64,000 bases of DNA from Octopus sinensis. Its lineage: Eukaryota. The stretch is from assembly GCF_006345805.1 (NCBI RefSeq), contig NC_042999.1:90892001-90956000 (forward strand). The letters are read 5' to 3'. The translations under genes and the position numbers were made by a program. The stretch's first letter is position 1; every line of letters begins with the position of its first letter. The notes under the pieces are model-generated. The model was not told the DNA's origin. It searched no databases and saw only the letters and a list, made by a program, of their open reading frames with translations. Positions 1 to 12,854 of the stretch are shown here, one piece after another.

Positions 1-240
1 GTACATAATAACGCCTGTCAGCTTGTACTTCTATATTTCTTACTATGAATGAATATTGTATTTGTCTTGTTTATGTATCGCAATGTATCTCTAATTGTGT
101 TTCTATGTCATTTGTGCCCGCGCGAGAAAGAGAAAGTAGGAAAGAGAGAGTGCCTGCGAGGGAGAGAAATGCAAATATCAAATAGCTGATGTCATCCATC
201 TCTATTTTATACATCTATAAATTTATCTATACATACATTC

Positions 241-318
<78 letters not shown>

Positions 319-320
319 AT

Positions 321-1062
321 AAATATGTATGAATGCATATGTATATATATATATATATATGTATGATTATAAATACGTACACACACACACACACAGACAC
401 TCACACAGACAGACAGACAGATAGACATACACACACTCACACACACGCGCGCGTGCGCGAAAAGATCTGCATTCCCTACGAAATACTCACAATGCTTGCA
501 CGAAAAACATAGAATCATTGAAATTAGAACGCTGACAATATTTAATGAGACAGTGACATTGGACAGAGAAAACAACGGACAAAGGATAATTCTCTCTAAA
601 AAGTAGATATATACCAATATCAGCTGCCTAGCCCAGCATCTGCGTAATTTCTGTACCCAAAAACCACTAAAACTCGATCTGACGGTGTCAACAGCAGCAA
701 AAAACGAATCTTAACGCTTCATGGAAACGCAGACAGAATTGTGTTTAAAAAACTAAAAAAAACAACAATGAAAATAAGAAAAGAAAAGCAAAATAATAAA
801 TAAAAGAAAAACGAAATGTTGCGTCTCTTTGATCAAAACCATACTAAAGAAATTTCTGCCTTCCTAAGGTTGAAAAAAAAAACTTTCGGGAAGTTTACTT
901 TAATAGACACATTATGCATAAGTGAATAATGGTTTATGCACTCACGTACGCACGCACATGCACGCACATACACGCATTCACACACACACACAATTATGCA
1001 CACATACACACACTCGCGCGCGCAGGCACTGTGTCAGCGTATTCATTTGTGTGTGTGTTTGC

Positions 1063-1094
<32 letters not shown>

Positions 1095-1871
1095 TAAATA
1101 TATATATATATATATATAGATATATATATATATTATATATATAAATATGTATGAATGCATATGTATATATATATATATATGTTTGATTATAAATACGTAC
1201 ACACACACACACACAGACACTCACACAGACAGACAGACAGATAGACATACACACACTCACACACACGCGCGCGTGCGCGAAAAGATCTGCATTCCCTACG
1301 AAATACTCACAATGCTTGCACGAAAAACAATAGAATCATTGAAATTAGAACGCTGACAATATTTAATGAGACAGTGACATTGGACAGAGAAAACAACGGA
1401 CAAACGATAATTCTCTCTAAAAAGTAGATATATACCAATATCAGCTGCCTAGCCCAGCATCTGCGTAATTTCTGTACCCAAAAACCACTAAAACTCGATC
1501 TGACGGTGTCAACAGCAGCAAAAACGAATCTTAACGCTTCATGGAAACGCAGACAGAATTTGTGTTTAAAAAACTAAAAAAAACAACAATGAAAATAAGA
1601 AAAGAAAAGCAAAATAATAAATAAAAGAAAAACGAAATGTTGCGTCTCTTTGATCAAAACCATACTAAAGAAATTTCTGCCTTCCTAAGGTTGAAAAAAA
1701 AAAATTTCGGGAAGTTTACTTTAATAGACACATTATGCATAAATGAATAATGGTTTATGCACTCACGTACGCACGCACATACACGCATTCACACACACAC
1801 ACAATTATGCACACATACACACACTCGCGCGCGCAGGCACTGTGTCAGCGTATTTCATTTGTGTGTGTGTT

Positions 1872-1874
<3 letters not shown>
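321..1874. repeat. Tandem duplication, about 820-bp period, two near-identical copies bounded by (TA)n tracts
   Basis: 321-1062 is repeated at 1143-1874 (e.g. GAAAAGATCTGCATTCCCTACGAAATACTCAC in both), with only a few substitutions and small indels. Confidence 0.95.
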
Positions 1875-1933
<59 letters not shown>

Positions 1934-2495
1934 ATATTAAATATATATATATTATATATATATTATATATATTTATATTTAAATATATATATATAATATA
2001 TATATATATTATTATATATATATATATATATATATAGGTGTCTGTGTATGTGTGTGTATAATATATATATATATTATACACACACATACACTTTTATACA
2101 TGTAAGTTTGCCAGTACCTTTCTATGTATACATACATATACACGCATACACACATGTATATATAGAGATAAAGGGAGACGTAGAGAAAAAGAGAGAGAGA
2201 GAGAGAGAGATGGAGAGAGAGTGAGTGACATACAGACAGACACTTCCACACGAAGAAGGAAAAGTGCAAATGAAAGAAAAATTGGTAGATAGTAAAGAGG
2301 AGAGGGAGAGAAGATAAGGAAGAAAGAAAACTAGGAAAGAAGGGAAGACAACGGGACAAGCTACTACCGAAAAGAAACAAAGCAGGATTTGGGTTGACTT
2401 AGATTATCGATTCACGTCTCTTTTTATTATAATTGGGAAACGTTTAAACAATTTTTCAGAATACGTTAAGTCTTTTATATATATATATATAATAT

Positions 2496-2530
<35 letters not shown>

Positions 2531-3440
2531 TCATATTTTACATTCTGTGTCGTAAATGATATTACATTTTCACATCATACTTTAAGGCTAAAATGAAAGA
2601 TTAAAGAAAACATATTTCTCAGATTATATTTTGTACTCTCAGCATATTTTCCACTATTCCTTCATTTCTCAAAAGAAAGAAAAATGTAAAAAAAAAACCC
2701 CCAGTTTTTTGCGAAACTTATGTGTTTATTTCTTTTTACTTGAGATATTTCTGTAAGAACTCTTCATATTATTGTTAACATCACCGTGTTATTTGTCGTC
2801 GCTGTTAGTTAGAATATTTATGAGAAAGATTTGTTATTAAATTTACTAATGTTTTTTAATGTTCATTTTCAACTAGTATCATTCCTTTAATAAATACTCG
2901 AATAACAAAATTGTTGAAGCCGTTAATGTGTTTTTTTCTCTGCGATTTGTGATATCTTGCAGTTAGAATGATTATCACCAAGAACAACAATTACTATAAC
3001 AACAACAACAACTACTAGAACGACTATTAATAGCTGTAATAACAGATATTATAGCTGAGAGCTATACAAATGTAAAATACAAATGTATTCTAAAATACAA
3101 ATGTAGAAGTGATACAATATGAAATCACAGCACCGAATTTCAAAGGTTAGCGTGTGGGTCGACGTCCCAGAATCGAAAACAATCCAGCTATAATACAGCT
3201 TATACGAAAATAGAGAGAAATTTGTACACATTTTGTCTTTGATCGTTTATGGTAGTTGTTGTGATGAGCGTTGTTGTGGCGGCAGTGGTGATGGATTGGT
3301 ATTAAGAAGGTGGTGTTAGTAATGGCGGTAGTGGTGGTGTTAGTAATGGTAGCGGTGCTGGTGACATGGTAGTTGTGGTAGTGAAGGTATAAACAATAGG
3401 AAGAGAGGTGATTGTAATGTTGGAATTACTAGTATATATT

Positions 3441-3590
3441 TATTTATTGCCCACAAGAGGCTAAACATAGAGGGGACAAACAAGGACAGATGAAGGGATT
3501 AAGTCGATTACATCGACCCCAGTGCGGAACTGGTACTTTTATTTATCGACCCCGAAAGGATGAAAGGCAAAGTCGACCTCGGCAGAATTT
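3441..3590 (-). mobile_element. tRNA-derived SINE, 3' portion (octopod OR/OK-like; family name not verified)
   Basis: GTCGATTACATCGACCCCAGTGCGGAACTGGTAC...ATCGACCCCGAAAGGATGAAAGGCAAAGTCGACCTCGGC; the same core recurs at 27160-27250 and, more diverged, at 4160-4240. Confidence 0.8.
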
Positions 3591-3712
3591 AACAGTAGTG
3601 ATGATGAGTGTTGTGATCGTGGGAGTGGTATTAGTAATACTGGTGGTAGTGGTGGTAGTAGTTTTAGGAGCATAAATTGTGATATTTTTGGTAGTGTTAG
3701 GGAAAGTGTATT

Positions 3713-3970
3713 GAGGGCGTATGGCCTAGTGGTTAGAGCGTTGCACTCGCAATCGCGAAATCGTGGTTTCAATTCCCAGACCAAGTGGTGCGTTGGTGTT
3801 ATGGAGCAAAACACTTCGTCTCACATTGCTATGCAATCGCTTCAACACCGGATGTGCGGTACACAGTGCATCTGTTGAGGCAACGTCGATTTGATGGAGG
3901 GATTGAGCTAATGGGTGGCAAGAACATTTGAGTACTATAAACATATCATCTGAGTGGTTGTTCTTGGACC
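3713..3970 (+). mobile_element. tRNA-derived SINE
   Basis: Pol III A box TGGCCTAGTGG (3722-3732) and B box GGTTTCAATTCC (3765-3776), followed by a non-tRNA body. Confidence 0.7.
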
Positions 3971-4113
3971 ACGGGAGACTACCAACGTCATTAGATAAAT
4001 GGTACTAGTATTAGTATTGATAACAGTAATGGTGATGGTGTTCGAAGTAATGATCGCAGATGTATTACGGTTCGGGTGGCATTGGCAGGGGGAGCCGTAA
4101 CGGGAGTAAAAAT

Positions 4114-4335
4114 AATATTGATTTCAACTTTTGGCACGCGGCCAGAAATTTCAGAGGAGCGGATAAGACGATTACACCGATCGCAGTGCTCAACTGGTTC
4201 TCATTTCATAGACTCTGAAAGGATAAAAGGCAAAGACAAGCTTTTGAACCGTATTTAAACTGAAAACGTAAAGACAGATGAAATACTGCTACGCATTTTG
4301 CCCTGCGTGCTAACAGCTCTACCAGCTCGCCGCCT
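4114..4335 (-). mobile_element. tRNA-derived SINE, near full length, diverged
   Basis: The minus strand starts GGCGGCGAGCTGGTAGAGCTGTTAGCACG (tRNA-like head), and the body is homologous to 3441-3590. Confidence 0.75.
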
Positions 4336-4751
4336 TTAGTGAGAGTAGAAATAATGTTAGTGGTCTTAGTTGTGATAGTTATGGTATTAGTAGTGATATA
4401 AGTGGTGTTGCAGTGGTGGTAGTGTTACTGGAGTTATTGTTGTGATGATAATGGTGGAAGTGGCTCAAGCGTTGAATTTGTGGTGTTCTGGTTGCGATAT
4501 TAGTGAGAATAGTGGTGATGGTGGCGATGACAGTAGTTGTAGTGGCGGCGGTGGTGGAGGTAGTGACGGTGGAGGGCGGCGGAGTGGTGACGGCGGCGAT
4601 GGAGATGGTGATGGTGATGGAGGTCGTGGTAGAGGTGATGGTGATGGTGATACAGTGACATAGTAATTGTTTAAAGAGACAGTTTTGCGGTTATATGTCT
4701 GGATGATTATTGCTGTTTTATATCAAGCACAGGCAATCTATTTTCAAAGTG

Positions 4752-4998
4752 GAAGCTGGTTAGGCATGTTGGACTCATGATCGTAAGATTGCGGTTTCGA
4801 ATCCTGAACCGGGTGACGCGTTGAGTTCTTGAGCGAAACACTTAATTTCAGGTTGCTCCAGTCCACTTCGCTGGCAAAAATGAGTAATCTTGCGACGAAC
4901 CGTTGTCCCATCCAGGTATATTCCCCCAGAATATACGCACCATGGAAACCGGGAAAACCGTCCCTTACGAGTCGGTATGACTCGAGAAATAAACTTTT
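4752..4998 (+). mobile_element. tRNA-derived SINE with a V-domain-like central region
   Basis: Head TGGTTAGGCATGTTGGACTCATGATCGTAAGATTGCGGTTTCGAATCC, then GCGACGAACCGTTGTCCCATCCAGG...CATGGAAACCGGGA, which resembles the V-SINE domain (from recall). Confidence 0.6.
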
Positions 4999-5408
4999 CT
5001 AATTTTTTTTCCGAGAATCAAGATACATGAGACATTGTTCATCATCACCAGGGCCGTACTACGAAAAAGTAAAAAAGGAGTTAAGGTAAGCTTTCTTTGG
5101 GCTAGCCATTCAGAAAGTCCTGCAAACCGCAGTTTACCCATGCCTTTTAAATCTTCCTCCTCAACTTTGTTTGTTATTTTGATTCAATCACAACCCTTCC
5201 TTTTACTAACTTTATTGCTCTTAAAACCCTACCTTGCACCACCGTTCTTTCTTTCTCTATAAATCCATACCTCACTAATTCCTTTTCTTTACCTTACCTC
5301 AATCAGGCAAGGCAAACTTCCAAATAGCATATCAGTTTACAAACTCTTATTCTCTTATTCCACATTCACCATCTCCCTGATACATCGCCATTCCAATCAT
5401 CAACATTT

Positions 5409-5594
<186 letters not shown>

Positions 5595-5793
5595 GAATTT
5601 TCTCTGTCTCTATCATTCCAGAAACTGATCTTTCATTTAATCGATGTCTGTGTCAGCGGAAGATATTTGTCTGCACTAAAATCCTTCCAATTGTAAAACA
5701 TCAATTCTTAATAGCAACAGGTTTGTGTCTGCCTGTTTGTGAATCTATTAAATACCTATCTGCCTGTTTGTGAATCTATTAAATACCTATCTG

Positions 5794-5836
<43 letters not shown>

Positions 5837-8800
5837 GGACACGCATGTAGACTACGTGGGTAGAGATAGGAATAGACGGGGATGCAAATGCCTCAGAGAC
5901 CTGCTCAGACGCTTTCAACTGTCTGACAGATTCCGACTAGACCACCCGAATGCGCCAACGTGGGCATGGAGCAACCGCATCGGGTCGTCGAGATCGTATC
6001 TAGATAGGATACTGTGTAGGACAGTAGACAGAGATAGCATAGGATGTCCACAATTCCACATAGTTAGCTACACGGATCACAAACTTGTGACATGTACGCT
6101 AGACTTAGGTAAGACACTTAGGCAGGGTCCCGGATACTGGAAACTAAACGCGTCTTTCCCATCGAGACAGGTTTTCAGAGACCGGATTAGCACACTAGTA
6201 AAGAGGGCTTTGACGGGAGCCATCATCAACAACAAATGGTGGTTTGCCCTCAAGAGAGCAGTAAAAGCAGAAGCGATTAGGTACAGCAAAGCACTAGCCA
6301 TAGATAGAAATAGAGTAGAGGGTGAGCTAGTTAAGAAGCTAGAAGAGGCAATTAGGAGCGGCATCGCATCCGACGTTTTGGCGGCGAGGTTGGCCCTCGA
6401 CCAACACTTCAACGCCAAACACGAAGGATGTGCTGTCAGAGCTAGGATGCGTGCTCTAAGGAACGAAGGTGTTGGAGCCGCGAGAGAGGCCCGGGTGGCA
6501 GAGGCGCAACAGGGCAACAAAGCCACCATTCGGTCCCTGGTAGATGAACAGGGGCGCGAATTGCTCGAGCCAAGTAAAATGTGTGAGGCCTTTCAGCAGC
6601 ATTTTGCCCGACTGTTCGGAACGAGTGGAGGGCAAGAACGTAGGGTGGACTTCAGCGCCTACCTACATAGCCTACCACGACTCTCGACAAGAAAGGCAGG
6701 GTGCTGCGAAGGTGCCATCACGGCGGCGGAAGTGCAGGAAGCGATGGCAGAATGCTCGGGGGACAAATCACCGGGTTTGGATGGTCTACCCTACGAGCTT
6801 TACAATTATATGCCAGACTTGTTTGGAGATCTCTTGGCAGCGGTGTACTGCAACTGGCAGCAAAACGGGAGCATTCCTGGTTTTGTGAGCCGAGGAGCCG
6901 TAACACTGCTGAAGAAAGATCTAAACAAGGGAACTGTAATAGATAACTTTAGGCCCATCACTCTGCTTAATGCAGACTTGAAAATTTTGGCCAAGGTGCT
7001 AGCCAAGAGGTTGGCGCTTGTCATCGAGAAACTGGTTGACAGGGCGCAAACATGCGCCGTGCCAGGCCGGACCATCCATGACAACCTCCACCTGATGCGC
7101 TACATCATAGACAGGGTAGTTAACGAACCTGGCTTGGGTGGGGCGCTGATCAATTTGGATCAATCGAAAGCTTTCGATAGGGTGGACCATCGATACTTGG
7201 AGGCGGTCCTCGGAGCGGCTGGCTTCGGTCCCGTCTTCCGCGGCTGGATAGCCGCTTTGTACAGAGGCATCCGTTCGGTAATTCGCGTGAATGGACATCT
7301 ATCGAGACCCTTCGACATCGCACGTTCGGTCCGTCAGGGATGCCCCCTCTCGTTGCTTCTATACGTATTGACTCTCGAGCCATTATTGCGGAAGCTGGCA
7401 ACCTTGAGAGGCATCCCGCGAGAACTGGGATGCGGGACGAGCGTGTCTGCATACGCGGACGACGTCACCGTCATAGTGTCTAGCCACGAGCACATCGAGC
7501 AGGTCGGTGAGACACTGAAAAACTACGAAGCGGTGACAGGAGCGAAAATCAACCGGGAAAAGTCAGTGGGCTTGCGACTAGGCACCTGGAGAAGCAAGCC
7601 CATGCCGTCCACCAGCACCTCCGTCGTGGGACGCTGGACCGACGGCCCGGTTGAGTTGCTCGGGGTCTGGTTTGGTCCGGACCTCCAAGTGGAGAAGAAC
7701 TGGAACGAGATAACGAGTAGGGTGGTCACTCTCGCCCGGCAATGGGCCGAGAGGAAACTGTCCCTAAAAGGTCGGGCGGAGGTGGCGAACACGTACATCG
7801 CGTCCGTCATCTACTACCGCCTGACCGTCGTACCTTGTCCCGACCCTACCATCACCAAACTACAACGCATTCTCTTTCGCTTCTTGTGGAAAGGATGCGT
7901 CCGATGGTCAGGCGATCCATTTGCTGTCAACACCCGTTAAAAGGAGGCTGGGCATGCCGTGGTTGATGATGCGCAGACACGCGCTGAGACTGCGACATCT
8001 CTGGCTCTATGTAGACGACGGTGAACAGGTGTGGTCGCCGTTTGTGAGGCACGCTTTCCCGCAGCTCGTCTCCATGACCGAACTGCAGTCGTGGATCAAA
8101 AAGAGGCCGAAGAAGGGCGAATGGCACCGCGAGTGTCGCGTTGCTCTCAAGCAACTCTGCCGTCCTGGGTCGACCTTGAGTGACTTCAACACAACCAAAG
8201 CATTCTATAGGGGTTTAGTGGAGGGGAGGTACGACGACGAGCTCGGGGCGAACCTGGACGTCGACGAGGAGTACCTGACCCGCCTGTTCAGGACGACTTT
8301 CGGGCCAGGGCCCATGGACAACTTCCAGAGATCCCTGGCCTGGCAGTGCTACCGAGAAGCACTACCCGTTCGGGATAAGTTCTACAGACACGGCTCGAGA
8401 AACACGGGGCCGACCTGCCCGAGATGCGGTCAGAGCGACGAAACCGTTCTGCACGCACTCGTGCAGTGTCCAACAATTTCCGACCTGTGGGCTTGTGTCG
8501 AACAACTGCTGTCACGTGTGGGACGAGTCGGTTTATCAGCTGAGTCTATCGTTAATATTGTCACGCCTCCCTCCTTCAAACGGGAAGGAAGAGCTATTTT
8601 CATCATCCTTGTGGCTATGGCGAAAGAATGTATCTGGTGGACGCGTCTGAAAGGATTGGAGACAAACACTTTCCTCTCTGGTCAATCTCTCATCAACTTC
8701 TTCAAGTACCACTTGAAAAGGAAAGTGAGAGTAGAGAGGCAAGTTTTGTCTAGCGAATGTTTTAAAAAAAGATGGGTGAATGTAGCAAGAATGGCACGTA

Positions 8801-9194
8801 TGAATGACGAAGCCACCTTGAGCATGATCCTATGAACCCAGAAATTGAAAACAGAGAGTTGCTTATTTGCAAAAAAAAAAAAAGAAATATAACATGTGAC
8901 TCCATTGACCGAGGTTACCGTGGTCTTTTCCGTAGGCTTTTCTTTCCACGGGTAAACCTCACCTGTCCTCCCCTTTACACTTCATATTGACATTTCTGTG
9001 ATAACGATCCCTATTGATCAATTTTTTATTATTTTTTTTAACCCCCCTTTTTTTTGTCCTCTTTCTCTCCTTTTACGATCCCTTTTGATCGAAACTCCCC
9101 CTTCCTTTTTTTTTTTTTTTAAACCTTCGAAAGAAAAGCTCTACCTTGTAATTTGTTCTATCTGTGTGCAGCCCTGTGTGGCTAATAAAGAAAC

Positions 9195-9195
<1 letters not shown>
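5837..9195 (+). mobile_element. Tx1/L1-clade non-LTR retrotransposon, 5'-truncated, young, flanked by (TATC)n
   Basis: APE endonuclease C-terminal motifs (SYLDR, TDHKLV), RT motifs (DQSKAFDRVDH, QGCPLS, YADD) and zf-RVT (CPRCGQSDETVLHALVQC). The 3' UTR has AATAAA at 9184-9189, and (TATC)n lies on both sides. Confidence 0.92.
5838..8835 (+). pseudogene. ORF2 of the Tx1-like element (partial EN, RT, zf-RVT), broken by two 1-nt deletions near 7901 and 7946
   Basis: ORF track 5739-7940, 7742-7966 and 7921-8835 join as ...FLWKGCV(P)MVRRSICCQHPLKGG(L)GMPWLMMRR... after two -1 shifts; there are no other stops. Confidence 0.85.
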
Positions 9196-9450
<255 letters not shown>

Positions 9451-9538
9451 TTGCATATATGGGTACATGACGTCACCAACTGTGTAAACAGCATGAAGTA
9501 CGAAAACAAACGAGTTAAATACGAAAACAACAAGAGAA

Positions 9539-10195
9539 GGAAATGGAAAACAGGACAAGTAAGCGAAGAAAACGACCCACCAGTAGTTGTTGGCTGTCTA
9601 TCTATTCCTCACTTCGAGTATTCAACGACAATATGAATCTTCAAAGAGAGTTGCTCCCATTAATTCCAAAACAAAATTTCGGATTTATGAAGGGTCAAAT
9701 TTGGAAACAAAAACAGGACAGTAGTGACATACAAGGAAACCGAACAAAAACAAACATGAAAAGTCGTTAGGCCAGAACGAGAGGAAAGTAGTGAACGCAG
9801 GGAGAAATATTTTCTTTGCAAAGAGAAATGATAGAAGACAGAGAAAGAAAACGTCCAGTCCTTAGAAAGCCGTGTAGGAAAAGAAAGATGGTCAAGTGAG
9901 GAAAAGAAAGACGTTTCTTTCTCTTCTACCTTTTCTCTTATGAAAGAAAATATTTCTCCCAGCGTTCACTACCTTCTGCTCGTTCTGACCCTCCATGTAT
10001 GTTTTCGTTCGGTTTTGTTGTATGTTTCCACTGTCCTGTTTTTGTTCCCAACTTTGACCCTCCATCAATCCAAAATTTTATTTTGGAATTTATAGGAGCA
10101 ATTGTCTTTGAAGACTCGAAATAAAGAGCAAATAGAAAGCCGACAACTAATGAATGATCGTTCTCTGTGTTTACTTGTACTGTTTTCCATTTTCC
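9539..10195. repeat. Old imperfect foldback: arms of about 285-315 bp, about 55-bp spacer
   Basis: 9539-9855 matches the reverse complement of 9910-10195 (e.g. GTAGTGAACGCAGGGAGAAATATTTTCTTT vs AAAGAAAATATTTCTCCCAGCGTTCACTAC). Confidence 0.85.
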
Positions 10196-11250
10196 CCGCG
10201 TTATATACTCTACGTACCGTGGATATATATTAGAAATGCCATAAGACTGTGGTATTCGTCCTCAGGAAGGTTCTCCTGTACTCATATAGAACAAGAAACC
10301 ACAGAATATCAAAATAACTGCGGAGTTTGACCATTGCTGCTGGACTTTCTTTCGTCCACTGCTTATATACTGTTTTTAGCACTGTACATCAATACGGGTA
10401 TTCTTAACATATACCCACGCCATGTAGGATATAAAGATTGCTTTTCAGTACCAATACAGCTTTCGTCGCAAATAACTACACACACACACGCACATATGTA
10501 TATGAGTGTGCGGGTATATATATATATATAACGTATAATTTATTTTGCTTGTAAATTTACGTATCTATTTGTCTGTGTCGTACTCTTATTCTTTTCCTTT
10601 ATCTTCACTCTTTTATCTTCCTCTCTTTCTCCTTTCCTCTCTCACCGTCTTCCCTCTCTGTTTTTCTCTATTTCTTTGACCTCCACTTTTTCTCTTTCCT
10701 TCCACTACCACGTCATTTGTGACCATTGGTTGTTCAGCTTCATTTTTTTCGTTTCGTCATTCATGCTTCTCCCTGTATCTCAAGTTCTCTACTTTCAGCC
10801 TTGGGTTCGTATTTTTCGCCTTCCGCCTTTCCAATTCTATTGGACATTTTTCATTACGTTACTTATACGCACTTCCTGTCATGTCTCAGAAACTTACGGT
10901 CTTTATATGGGTTGTATAGCATATAATTTATTTTCTTTGTATATTTGCATTTATACCTGACATATTTCTTATTCGTTACCGTCGTTGTAATCAATCTCTT
11001 GTGTGTAAATTTTCCCTTCGTTCTTTGTCGTGCTTCTTTTTTTTAATTTTTGAATCTTATATATAGCTAAGTTCATGGTACAAAGCGTTCAATCATTATC
11101 TGAGAGGTGCCGGGTTTTATTCCCCGTAGGCGCCAGCTGGCAACTTTTTTCCCGTCTTCTAAGTGTAATATACCCAATCTTTCTCAACAGTTTTTACAGC
11201 AATACGGCGTTCGAAATTTACTTTCTTGCTTGTAAAATACCCACACAATT

Positions 11251-11395
11251 GGCGCGTCTAAAGTGGTTGTGTGGTAAGAAGGTTGCTTCTCAACCAGATG
11301 GTTCCAGGTTCAGTCCCAATGCGTGGCATTTTGAGCAAATCAAAACCTTGTCAGTGGATTTGGTGGACGGAAATTGAACAAAGCTCGGCCTATAT
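11251..11395 (+). mobile_element. tRNA-derived SINE, 5' half (same family as 38993-39394)
   Basis: GTGGTTGTGTGGTAAGAAGGTTGCTTC...GGTTCAGTCCCAATGCGTGGCA...GTGGATTTGGTGGACGGAAATTGAA. Confidence 0.75.
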
Positions 11396-11396
11396 G

Positions 11397-11443
<47 letters not shown>

Positions 11444-11730
11444 TAAAAGGGGTTTGTATGATTATGTATAGAGGGATATATATTATTCACAGAAATTCCA
11501 ACTCTGTTTTTTTATGTTTTATTTATATTTTTTATAATATTTATGCATAATATATTGTATAAATAATATCGATATAGTAAAATGAAATGAAGTATTGATT
11601 GTCTTATTGAATAGATGAAATATTGAATATAAAAGATTAAGGGACTAGTATACTTTCATACGTTATAGCAGTCTTCAAGGTCCCAGGTTGTGACAGGTGT
11701 ATTTCAACTGTAGTTGATTGACTCAGTCGA

Positions 11731-11822
11731 CAAAAAGTACAACCTATTACGTTCGGATGTATCTTTCGAATGCCTGTAGGCATTCGAAAGATACATCCGA
11801 ACGTAATAGGTTGTACTTTTTG
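11731..11822. repeat. Perfect palindrome: 45-bp arms, 2-nt spacer
   Basis: 11731-11775 is the exact reverse complement of 11778-11822. Confidence 0.97.
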
Positions 11823-11879
11823 CATGCGGGACTCCGGTACCGTTTTTCATCTAGTACAGCATATTATGCTCATAACAAA

Positions 11880-11939
11880 CTACGCTGATGAAGCTACAGA
11901 TATCCTTGTGATATTAATAGCTGAAACTGCAGTACGTAG
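11880..11939 (+). ncRNA. Minimal type I hammerhead ribozyme, copy 1
   Basis: Stem I CTACG/CGTAG, core CTGATGA (11885-11891), stem II AGCTA/TAGCT, GAAA (11923-11926), stem III with palindromic C-TGCA-G, cleavage triplet GTA (after 11934). Confidence 0.85.
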
Positions 11940-12385
11940 GTAATTATTCCATTTAGTATATTTCTTTTGTCTCATCCATTGCTTTAGGTCGTGCTGAATT
12001 TTATTTTTATTTGAGAACATAATCCTTGTGGAGAATGGCGATTTGACGTCTATATCTAGCATGTTGACTGTCCACCTTTTCGTGTTCAGTCCTTAATTGG
12101 TATATATAAATATTTTAATCTTCGGATTCTTTTTAATGTGCTAGACCACTGGTTTTAATTGACTAATATCAATTTCTACCCTTAATTTTTAAATATGAAA
12201 TATATGTTCTCAAACCGATAAATTGACTGCTGCTAATTATTGGCTGCAGGCTAGTTTTTCGATTATCAGCGCGCCAAAAGTAGAGGCATTCGAAAGATAC
12301 ATCCGAACGTAATAGGTTGTACTTTTTGCATGCGGGACTCCGGTACCGTTTTTCATCTAGTACAGCATATTATGCTCATAACAAA

Positions 12386-12445
12386 CTACGCTGATGAAGC
12401 TACAGATATCCTTGTGATATTAATAGCTGAAACTGCAGTACGTAG
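12386..12445 (+). ncRNA. Minimal type I hammerhead ribozyme, copy 2
   Basis: Identical to 11880-11939; predicted cleavage after 12440. Confidence 0.85.
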
Positions 12446-12809
12446 GTAATTATTCCTTTAGTATATTTCTTTTGTCTCATCCATTGCTTTAGGTCGTGCT
12501 GAATTTTATTTTTATTTGAGAACATAATCCTTGTGGAGAATGGCGATTTGACGTCTATATCTAGCATGTTGACTGTCCACCTTTTCGTGTTCAGTCCTTA
12601 ATTGGTATATATATATATGTATATATATATAGATATATATAATGCATATATATTATATATATATATATATATATCTAGGATTACATTTTTAGGAAAAAAA
12701 TTTTATCAATGGCCAGCATATTAAAAAACACCTTTGAGATTATAAATTTAACCTTTAACTATATATATATATATAATATATATATATATATTATATATAT
12801 ATATATTAT

Positions 12810-12854
<45 letters not shown>

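Larger units (their letters stand above)
11778..12612 (+). mobile_element. Partial tandem (506-bp period) hammerhead-bearing insert; PLE pLTR or retrozyme-like
   Basis: 11778-12108 is repeated at 12284-12612 with a 1-nt difference, each copy has a hammerhead, and the 3' end runs into (TA)n. Confidence 0.75.

Noticed and set aside
3713-3790. tRNA gene-like A/B boxes (also at 4752, 11075, 11251 and about 32725)
   Set aside because: No complete cloverleaf, and they continue into SINE bodies.
3240-4670. Gly/Asp/Val-rich ORFs (4442-4663, 3490-3675)
   Set aside because: Degenerate (GGT/GAT/GTA)n low-complexity DNA interspersed with SINEs.
5729-5790. 31-bp direct duplication just upstream of the Tx1 element
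   Set aside because: Both copies are on the same side of the element, so it is not a TSD; likely slippage at the microsatellite edge.
10190-10270. Minus-strand CTGAGGA (10259-10265) followed by a hairpin
   Set aside because: No GAAA after the hairpin and no stem I; not a valid hammerhead.
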